A stretch of DNA of 64,000 nt from Selaginella moellendorffii. Taxonomy: Eukaryota; Plantae; Lycopodiophyta. The notes beneath the pieces were generated by a model. That model was not told where the DNA came from. It searched no databases and saw only the letters and a program-made list of their open reading frames with translations. The stretch covers positions 496,001 through 560,000 of the forward strand of contig NW_003314332.1 in assembly GCF_000143415.4 (NCBI RefSeq). The letters run 5' to 3'. Both the position numbers and the translations under genes were made by a program. This document shows, piece by piece, positions 20,285 to 28,625 of this stretch (positions within the stretch are counted from its first letter, which is position 1; every line of letters starts with the position of its first letter).

Positions 20285-22348
20285 TCAGCTCACTTCGCCT
20301 TCCACATATATGTTACACAACAGCATGTAGTGAGCCGCAGCTCGAGGATCCATCTCAAAAACCTTGCTTGCAACTCGCGATCCACGCTCCAGATCCCCAT
20401 GAGTTCTACAGCCACCGAGTAGAGTCGTCCATGGAACGCAGTCGGGCTCGAGTGGCATTCGAGTGACAAGTTCCTCAGCTTCCTCCAGATGACCCGCTCG
20501 GCAGAGAACGTCGACGATGCAGTGGTAGTGCTCCAGCGCTGGCTTCACCTCCGTTGCGTGATCGGAGCTCATTGATACGAACTGGTGCAAGCTCTTCTCC
20601 ACCATGCCGGTGTGACTACACGAGTGCAAGACGGAGATGAAGGTGATCTCGTCGGCATCAATCCCGTCTTGGTTCATCTGCCAGAATGTCTCCAGTGCCT
20701 CCTTGGACTGTCCGTTGCAAGCGTGAGCTTCGATCATCGCAGTCCACGACGACAGATCTCTGCTTTCCAAAGAGTTGAACAGCTCTCTCGACTGATCCAA
20801 GCACCCCTTGTGAGCGTACGCGACGATCATCGCATTGAGGTTCTCCCACTCCGGCATCTTCTCGAGAAGATCAAATGCGAGCGCTGGGTAGTGGTTCTGT
20901 GTGCAAGCTGCCACCATTACGGCCCAGCAGCTCTTGTCCCTGTGAACCATGCCGTCGAAGATCGCTCTAGCTTCGCAGACATGCCCGCTTTGGGCATAGG
21001 CGTGCACCATTGCAGTGCACGAGACGACGTTGTGCTCTGGAATCCTGTCGAAGATATCTTTCGAGTCGTAAGAGTTCCCAGCTCGAGCATAACCAGCGAC
21101 CAAAACCGACCACGGGATCACGCACTTCCTCGGCATCCGTGAGAACAAGTCGAAGGCCTCTCGAAGATAACCGTTCCGAGCGTACGCCTCGATCATAGTC
21201 GTCCAGGCAACCGAATCCTTCACCGCCATCTCGTCAAACAAGTCGCGTGCCTCGCGGACGAGCCCCGAGTCGCCACAAGCGGCGATCATCGCAGTCGACA
21301 GCATCACGTCGCGATGCCGCATAGAGTTGAAAAGAAACCTCGCTCGATCCAGGGAACTCGCGGTGATCATCGCAGTGCAAGCGTCGAGAGTGAGGTTGTC
21401 CACCGTGAGTGAGTCAAGCATCGCCTCGGCCTCGGCAATGTGGCCATTCTGCGCGTACACGATGATCATGAAGTTGGCCACGCCTTCTTCCTCCACTGGA
21501 ATTCGCTCGTAGAGATCTCTCGTCTCCTTGAGATGCCCGTTCTGGGCATATGCCGTGAGCATAGCCTTCCAGGCAACGACGTCCTTCTCGGGCATGGAAT
21601 CAAACACCTCTTTCGCGTCGAGGATCTGCCCACGCTGCCCATAAGCTGTGATCATCGCTGTCCAGGACACGCAATTCGCCTGGGGTGTGTTGTCCAGCAT
21701 CCCTTTTCCAGTATCAAGATACCCCCCTTGAGCAAATGCCACGATCATGGAGCTCCAAGACACCGAATCCCACTGCGGCATCCTCGCAAAGATCTGGGCA
21801 GCGAGAGGGACATCGCCGATCTGCGCGTAGGCGACGAGCAGCACCGTCCAGGAAACCACGTCTGGATGTGGCATCACATCGAAGAGGGCCTTGGCCTGAT
21901 CGACGAGCCCTGCCTTGGCGTATGCCGAGATCATCAGCCTCCAGCTGACGAGCGTGCGATCCGGCCAGGAATCGAAGAGATCTCGAGCTTGATCGATGTA
22001 GCCATTGTCGGTGTAGGCCTGGATCATGATATTTCCAGTGTAGCAGTTCTTGCTCGCCATCTCCTGGAAGATCTGCCTCGCTTCGTGGACGCGGCCACAC
22101 TTCCCATACATTGTGATGAGGAGATTGGAGAGAAAGACATTGCGGCGATGCTTGCCTTGGAGAATGCGGGCATGAATCTCTCGTCCTCGCGCGAGATCCT
22201 TGAGCTTGGCGCAAGAAGTGAGAATCCTGGCGCATTGCTGGACCTCCGATTCACAGGAGAAGCGATTCTGTGCAATGGCATCGCCGAGGGATCGCTTAGC
22301 CGGCTCTTCGAATCCCAGAGCCCTAGCAATCCGCCATAGCTGGAACAT
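20285..22348 (-). CDS. PLS-class PPR protein (PPR-C) with truncated E domain
   Basis: LITMYGKCG, tandem PPR repeats, HYHCIVDVLCRAG, WTTLLGGCRTHGD, HYMLLCNIY. Confidence 0.92.
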   Translation of the reverse strand: MFQLWRIARALGFEEPAKRSLGDAIAQNRFSCESEVQQCARILTSCAKLKDLARGREIHARILQGKHRRNVFLSNLLITMYGKCGRVHEARQIFQEMASKNCYTGNIMIQAYTDNGYIDQARDLFDSWPDRTLVSWRLMISAYAKAGLVDQAKALFDVMPHPDVVSWTVLLVAYAQIGDVPLAAQIFARMPQWDSVSWSSMIVAFAQGGYLDTGKGMLDNTPQANCVSWTAMITAYGQRGQILDAKEVFDSMPEKDVVAWKAMLTAYAQNGHLKETRDLYERIPVEEEGVANFMIIVYAQNGHIAEAEAMLDSLTVDNLTLDACTAMITASSLDRARFLFNSMRHRDVMLSTAMIAACGDSGLVREARDLFDEMAVKDSVAWTTMIEAYARNGYLREAFDLFSRMPRKCVIPWSVLVAGYARAGNSYDSKDIFDRIPEHNVVSCTAMVHAYAQSGHVCEARAIFDGMVHRDKSCWAVMVAACTQNHYPALAFDLLEKMPEWENLNAMIVAYAHKGCLDQSRELFNSLESRDLSSWTAMIEAHACNGQSKEALETFWQMNQDGIDADEITFISVLHSCSHTGMVEKSLHQFVSMSSDHATEVKPALEHYHCIVDVLCRAGHLEEAEELVTRMPLEPDCVPWTTLLGGCRTHGDLERGSRVASKVFEMDPRAAAHYMLLCNIYVEGEVS

Positions 22349-22700
22349 CCATTCTTTCGAGAGCTAGAGGCTAACGGAATATGCCACCGCACAGCTTCTA
22401 GCAGAATATGCCACGGCACATAACGCTAACGACAATAAGGGCCCGTGGGCAGCAAACCCTAGGGGGCCCTTGGCGGAGCGAGAAGGGGTGTGGCGGCGTC
22501 GATCACCGGTGAGTCCTGTGCCACATCCTGACTGCTGTCTCGCAAAGATCGCTGGTTAGATCGCCCGGAGAGTCTAGGGTTTTGTCGCTCTCCCCCTGTT
22601 AGATCTTCCTCATCGCGCCACTAGCTTGAGCGGCGGCGTCACTGCACTGCCTGATAGCGGTTTTGTGAAGCGATTCACCTGACGCAGCGTTCTTATCTCC

Positions 22701-24074
22701 ATGGGGAAGAAGAAGAAAAAGGTTTTTAAGGTGTGGTGCTACTACTGCGAGAGGGAGTTCGATGATGAGAAAATCCTCATCCAGCACCAGAAGGCCAAGC
22801 ATTTCAAATGCCATGTCTGTCACAAGAAGCTCTCCACTGCCGGAGGAATGGTTGTCCATGTTTTGCAGGTCCACAAGGAGTCCATCACCAAGTAAGGATT
22901 TCTCCTTCTCTTTCATATGTTCTCTAAATTTCTTTCGCTTCTTTGCAGGGTTCCAAATGCAAAACCGGAAAGGGAGTCCACGGAGATCGAGATTTATGGC
23001 ATGGATGGAATTCCTCCGGAGCTACTAGCTAATCACGGAGAGGACGGTTTTGATGGTATGAAATCTTTCATTTTTAAAGTTTACTCACACTCGTTTTCTC
23101 CTTTGTGTAGACGACGAGAGGTCTGGGAAGTATCCCAAGATCGATTACGGTGCTAATGCCTATGGCATGGTCTCGCAGCAACCAGTGTATCCTCCGGTCC
23201 CCTCGTAAGTTTTTCTTTTTCTTTCCTTGTCCAGAGCTTTATAACTTACGCACATCTCTTTTCTCGCAGCTATGGAGCTCAGCCGCCAATGATGCCTCCT
23301 CCTGCGACTTCACAGGGATGGTACTCCATGCCTATGCAGCCTCAGCCTCCTGGTCCACCTCCTGTGGGGAGACCTCCACAGCCGCTGTTTCCAATCCAGT
23401 CACAGACCCAGCTTCCATCGCAACCTTTGTTTCCGATCAAGCCAGTCACTCACATCCCGCCCGCTTATCCTGTTCCACAACCAGTGTCAGCCCCCTCGGA
23501 CGTCGTTGCACCGCCAGTTTCTTTGCCACCGATTACTCCAAGGCCTCCAGGAGCGCCGGCTGCGAATGAAGTTTATCTTGTCTGGGACGACGAGGCATTG
23601 TCCATGGTAAAGTTTCAGTTTTTCTTTGCTTTTCTGGACGATCTAACGTTGTTTGTGTGATTCATCTCAGGAGGAACGGAGGCTTTGCTTGCCACAATAC
23701 CAGGTTGTTGACGAGACTCTCCAGGTAAGTCGCCATTCACTTTGCATTCTAGAGTCGTTTCCTGTCCAGGTAAGTACTTAAAAAGCCTGTGTGTGAGGAT
23801 GGGAATGGTGGTTTGTGCTTGAGATAACGATTTGGCCCCGCGCGCGCAGTGATGGCACACGATGTGGAAAAAAAAATTGTATCATCCGATTAAGGTTCTT
23901 AGTTCCTCATTAGAACTAGACTCTAGCTTTACTGACAAAATGGTTTTTTTCTCGCGGCTGCGTTTGGCAAGACTGATCCTTTGGTTCGCTGTGCAGATGA
24001 ATTCTGTGGATGCAGCCATCGACAGGAGGATCTTAGAAGGGAGACTGGCCGGAAGGATGGCTTTCAAGGTATAA
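22701..24074 (+). CDS. SUF4: SUF4 / ZNF207-like C2H2 zinc-finger protein, multi-exon
   Basis: [85 protein letters not shown]. Confidence 0.93.
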
Positions 24075-24140
24075 AACGCGAGAAAGAAGCTCTCAGTCTA
24101 AAATAACCTTTGATTTATTAAGTGGAAGAGTAAACCTATA

Positions 24141-24252
24141 TGGTCCGTCGGATTCGCCTCGTTTAGAACCGTCGGATTGGTCAAGTTTGACGTCAAATGT
24201 GGTCTGTTGGTCCGTCGGATTCGCTACGTTTGAAACCGTTGGATTGTCAAGT
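24141..24252. promoter_or_regulatory. Duplicated 46-bp unit (period 67) with CCGTCGGAT/CCGTTGGAT motifs and a TTTGACGTCAAA palindrome
   Basis: TGGTCCGTCGGATTCGC..CGTTT..AACCGTYGGATTG(G)TCAAGT at 24141 and 24208, lying 35 bp upstream of the ATG at 24288. Confidence 0.6.
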
Positions 24253-24287
24253 CATGTTTGCCCTAATCCTGGAAGGGTGATTGGAGA

Positions 24288-24568
24288 ATGCGACGAACAC
24301 CTCTGCCTCTCATCGCCGGCGCGGTGCTGTAAGTGAAGCAAATGCGTGATTGATTGATGGCTTTGGGAACTCTAGGGCGGGCGTAGTGTCGGGGAATTAC
24401 GTTTTCAAGCAAGATCTCCAGCGATACTGGAGCGAGAAGAAAAAGGAAGCACTGGAATCGCCCACTAGCGATCAATCCCAAGGAGGTAGCGACCCATCGC
24501 AAGAACACAGCGATGAAGCGCTCGAAAATTCGTCCCCGGCGCATCAATCGCAGAAGACGATGGCATAA
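24288..24568 (+). CDS. 77-aa single-pass membrane microprotein (PIGBOS1-like), two exons
   Basis: ATG 24288, GTAAGT donor 24329, TCTAG acceptor 24375 (47-bp intron, phase 2), giving MRRTPLPLIAGAVLAGVVSGNYVFKQDLQRYWSEKKKEALE...KTMA*. Confidence 0.7.
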
Positions 24569-24834
24569 ACCCTAAAGCCTGCCAGCTGGCGTTTTGTACA
24601 CGTGGCGGAAGTCTAGTGGAGGCATCATGTGTCTCTTTTACCTTTTGTCTTTGCTCTCTTTTTTTCATCATCGGCGAAACCCTAAGGCAAATTTTCAGGG
24701 ATCTGGGACGGGGCGCTCCATCCTCGTCGATCGACCGGCGAGAGCTCAAGGTAGCGTGAATTCCCCCCTCCGCGACGATTGCTGGATTGGCGTGCGAGAG
24801 TTTTGGGAGATTTCTCGCTCAATGCGAGAGTGAA

Positions 24835-26910
24835 ATGGCCATTAGGGAAGCGAGTGAATCCAGAGCAAGCATTCTATCGAGCCGGCACCACGAGATTCTG
24901 GTCAGATTGATGGTGAGGTTGAGTGAACAGTATCTTCGATCCCAGAGAAAGAGGGAAGAGGTCTCGGCGGAGGCGAGCGACTGTCAGGTGGCGGAGTGGA
25001 CGGGCGACGATGCGTATTTCTTGCGCGATCGCGAGAGCGGCAGTCACTGGAAGAGGACCAAGAGCAATCACTCCTGCAAGAGGCCGAGAATCGACGAAGA
25101 GGTGGGCAGTAGCTGCAGTAGTATGGATGGAATTCCGGACGAAATCCTGGTAGTGATATTTGGATCGATCCTCTCGGCTCGAGACCGCTCTAGCTGCGCT
25201 TCGGTGTGTAGAAGATGGCTCATGCTACTTACGCATATGCCTCGGCAAGAACTTCCGCGAGAGGTATGTTCAGAGGACTCGGACGACGCAGTGAATCAGC
25301 CGTGTAGAGCAGGCTCGGCTCCACAGGAAGAAGTTTGGACGCTGGAGAAGCAGCCTCACTGGGCTCTCGGTGATCTCTCTCGGTGTCTGGAAGGAAAAAA
25401 AGCCACAGACGTCCGGCTGGCCGCCATCGCTGTTGGAACAGGTGCTCACGGTGGTCTCGGAAAGTTGGTCATTCGAGGAGGACCTGGTGAGCGCTCTGCG
25501 AAGGGTGTCACTGATATCGGGCTGACGACCATCGGGATTTGCTGCAATGCTTTGAGGGGGCTCACGCTGTGGGATTGTCCAAACGTTGGAGATAGCTCGC
25601 TGGAGAGCATTGCTAGAGGTTGCCGGCTTCTCCAGAGCCTGGACCTTCTCAAGTGTCCCAACGTCAGCGATGCTGGATTGGAGGCGGTGTCCAGGGGATG
25701 CTTGCGGCTGTCCAACTTGAGCATCGAGTCTTGCGACGGGATTGGGAATGCCGGTATCAAGGCGATTGCGAAGAGCTGCTGTTACCTCCAGACGCTCTCG
25801 CTAAGCAGGTGTTCCAACATCAACAGCCACGCGATAACGTCGGTAAGCAAGCACTGCGTAGCTCTGAAAAAGCTCAAGCTGGAAAAGATTGGAATCAACG
25901 ACCGGGGCCTGGCATTTCTTACGCATCACTGCAAGTCGCTTACAAAGCTGGTTTTTTCGGGGCTAGACGTGACGCAGGAAGGTTTCATCAGCCTTGCACT
26001 TCCGGACGGCCTGAAGTATCTCAAAGTGATCGTGCTAAATGCCTGCCATGGAGTCACGGACCAGTTTTTGTCGAGCCTGGGAAAATCATGCAGCTACCTG
26101 AACAGGCTGCTGCTCATCGACTGCGACAACATTACCGATCAGGGACTTTGCGCATTCGTGGATGGCTGCCAGCGTTTGAGGGGACTGCACATAGAGAAGT
26201 GCCGGAGCATCACGTATGCTGGCCTGGCTTCCGTCCTCACAACCACCGCTGAGACGCTCAAGAGTCTCCAGGTTTGCAAGTGCTCTGGGATTCAAGACTC
26301 CAGCTTGACGGCTTCCGCATCGTTCAAATGCTCCGGCCTCAAGTCGCTGGTTGTCAATCACTCGGAAGGGATCGGAAACAGGTGCCTGGAGATGGCTGGA
26401 TTCGTCTTCCCTGCGGTCCAGCACTTGGACCTTTGTGGGATCAGCAAGCTCAGCGACACGGGACTGTTAGCGTTTCTAGAGACCAGTGGCTCGAGCTTAG
26501 TCTTTCTCAACCTTAGCGACTGCGTTGAGCTAACAGACAAGGCAATAGTTGGCGTCTCGCGGAAGTGCTTCGAGCTACAGACAGTGATACTGGACGGCTG
26601 TGTCAAGGTTAGCGACAAGAGCGTGGGGGTCTTAGCCAGCCAGTGCAGGTCTTTACAAGAACTGGACGTGTCCAATTGTTCCATCACCGACGATGGTATT
26701 GTCGCGGTGGTGATCTCCGTCGGGCCGACTCTCAAGACGCTGTCCTTGTCCGGTTGCAGCCGCGTGACGGACGAGTCACTGCCAACGATCCAGAAGATGT
26801 GCGATTCTTTGACAGCTCTGAATCTCAAGAACTGTAGCGGCTTTACAGCGGCGGCCCTGGAGAAGTTCGAGTCGGATCTGGGGACGCGTTGTGACATACT
26901 CATGCCGTAG
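24835..26910 (+). CDS. EBF1: EIN3-binding F-box/LRR protein
   Basis: F-box (IPDEILVVIF...RSSCASVCRRWLML), LSRCLEGKKATDVRLAAIAVGTGAHGGLGKLVIRG, cysteine-containing LRRs, ends in RCDIL. Confidence 0.93.
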   Translation: MAIREASESRASILSSRHHEILVRLMVRLSEQYLRSQRKREEVSAEASDCQVAEWTGDDAYFLRDRESGSHWKRTKSNHSCKRPRIDEEVGSSCSSMDGIPDEILVVIFGSILSARDRSSCASVCRRWLMLLTHMPRQELPREVCSEDSDDAVNQPCRAGSAPQEEVWTLEKQPHWALGDLSRCLEGKKATDVRLAAIAVGTGAHGGLGKLVIRGGPGERSAKGVTDIGLTTIGICCNALRGLTLWDCPNVGDSSLESIARGCRLLQSLDLLKCPNVSDAGLEAVSRGCLRLSNLSIESCDGIGNAGIKAIAKSCCYLQTLSLSRCSNINSHAITSVSKHCVALKKLKLEKIGINDRGLAFLTHHCKSLTKLVFSGLDVTQEGFISLALPDGLKYLKVIVLNACHGVTDQFLSSLGKSCSYLNRLLLIDCDNITDQGLCAFVDGCQRLRGLHIEKCRSITYAGLASVLTTTAETLKSLQVCKCSGIQDSSLTASASFKCSGLKSLVVNHSEGIGNRCLEMAGFVFPAVQHLDLCGISKLSDTGLLAFLETSGSSLVFLNLSDCVELTDKAIVGVSRKCFELQTVILDGCVKVSDKSVGVLASQCRSLQELDVSNCSITDDGIVAVVISVGPTLKTLSLSGCSRVTDESLPTIQKMCDSLTALNLKNCSGFTAAALEKFESDLGTRCDILMP

Positions 26911-28363
26911 AACACGAGGATCAACAAGCAGCACACCACCACACAGAGGTGCGTCTTCTTTTTACTTGTTTTTCTTTCGCAGCTCCTGATTTTTCCTCTT
27001 TGCTTTTCTTTAGTCTGTCTGGAGCAGAGCAAGCAGCAGCAGCGAGCAGCGAGCAGTGACAACTTGATCGTCTCCGTGCGACGCGAGCAAACACCCTAAG
27101 CTATGTTTTGCTGCGTTCATCCACATGCTCTTCCTTGCATTTGAGCAGGCACTCCTGCTGTCTTGTGACGTCGTGGTGCTGTACAAAGACTCCAGGCTTT
27201 TCTCGTACAGATTACACAGGCTATTAAACATCAAAACAATCGATTTGTTCAGCTTAAGCAAGAAGAAGCTTCGTAAGCTCTGTAAGTTTTTTTCTTCTTT
27301 GGAGCTTTACATTTCCGTTCCAGCAGAGTGTCTAGTTTTCGTCACAACAACCAAACAACCACCAACAAATCTCACGCTTTTTGTTTTTTGTTTTGTCCAG
27401 GGGCCCGAGAAGAAGAAGAAAAAGAGTCCGAGGTGGAGAGTCCGAGCTCGTCTCGGCCGAATGGAAACAAACAAGCACTCATGCGAGTTTGACTCCATCC
27501 AACTCCAAGCGAGTTAAAAAAATGCCAAGAGTTTCCATTGTCCAAGGCGGCGAAGACGATGCATTGCCAACACGCTATGGATTTGACGACAAGAGTTTCT
27601 TGCCACGAGTGAACAAAGGCAAAGGCTAGCTCTAGGAAAATGTTAGAAGGGCCACGGATATTCCCCTGCGTGGGCCAGGAAGATTCGATCTTTCACCACC
27701 TTTCAATGGTGGGCGCCCAAACATTTAAGCACCACCACCGAGGATATAAAAAATAAAGGCTCGCAAACCATGGGTGTGGCAATGATGAATTCCATTCGAA
27801 TATTTTCCATTCCATCCATTTAAATGGGGTGGAATTGGCGCCGTACGAGCATGGCCATGAATGCCACTGGCCCAAACTCCACCAAACCTACAGCGTTCTT
27901 TGGAGTCAGCGCACCGAGCTCTGGGCAAATTTCTCGCAGTTCTTCCTCTCTTTCCTTGTTTGTTTCCACCGAGATTCGCTTGGAATGGAAGCGAGCGAGA
28001 GGAAAAAATGGGAGATTCGCGGCCTTGCTTAGCAATGTGGTAAGCGAATCACGCCATTCGCATGAGAGATTTCTCGGCTGCTGAGCTGTTCTCCATTGTC
28101 TCGCCGCTGTTAGGGTTCTTGACGAGAGGCGCTGGGATTGCCGACTCAGGGCAGCGTAATTCGTCCATTCCGCCAGCGCCATTCAATCGCATTCAAAGAG
28201 GGAGGCTCGCGAGGTCCAGATCGATCGGATTTATGAGAGTTTGTGCGAGGAATTGACTCCAGTTCGTCGGTAGCGCCAGAGCGGAGACAGGAGAAAGGGA
28301 AGCCCCAAGCCGAGGGCTCACGCTTCTCTCGTTTCTTGGAGCTCCGGTCGGCCGGGGGATCCC

Positions 28364-28540
28364 GGCGCTCGGCGGCGCCAGAAATTTCGAGGCATCGATC
28401 CATCGGCAGCGATATTTCCAGGGAATTCGGGAAGAACACAAGGGGGAGAGATCACCCCTCCAGGCGCGCGGCGGCGCCAGAAATCGCGAGGCATCGATCC
28501 ATCGGCAGCGATATTTCGAGGGATTTCGTCGCAAGAACAA
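28364..28540. repeat. Direct repeat (~75-bp unit, period 99) upstream of the kinase
   Basis: GGCGGCGCCAGAAAT..CGAGGCATCGATCCATCGGCAGCGATATTTC.AGGGA.TTCG at 28371 and 28470. Confidence 0.85.
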
Positions 28541-28625
28541 GGTAGGAGCGCCAAAGAATCAATGCAACAGTCGCGAGGAGCATGATCTTCGGCGACGCAT
28601 CGGCAGGCACAGAAGCATCGTCGCC

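Noticed and set aside
23845-23980. Possible intronic C/D-box snoRNA in SUF4
   Set aside because: The C box is imperfect (GTGATGG), with no terminal stem or recognisable rRNA antisense element.
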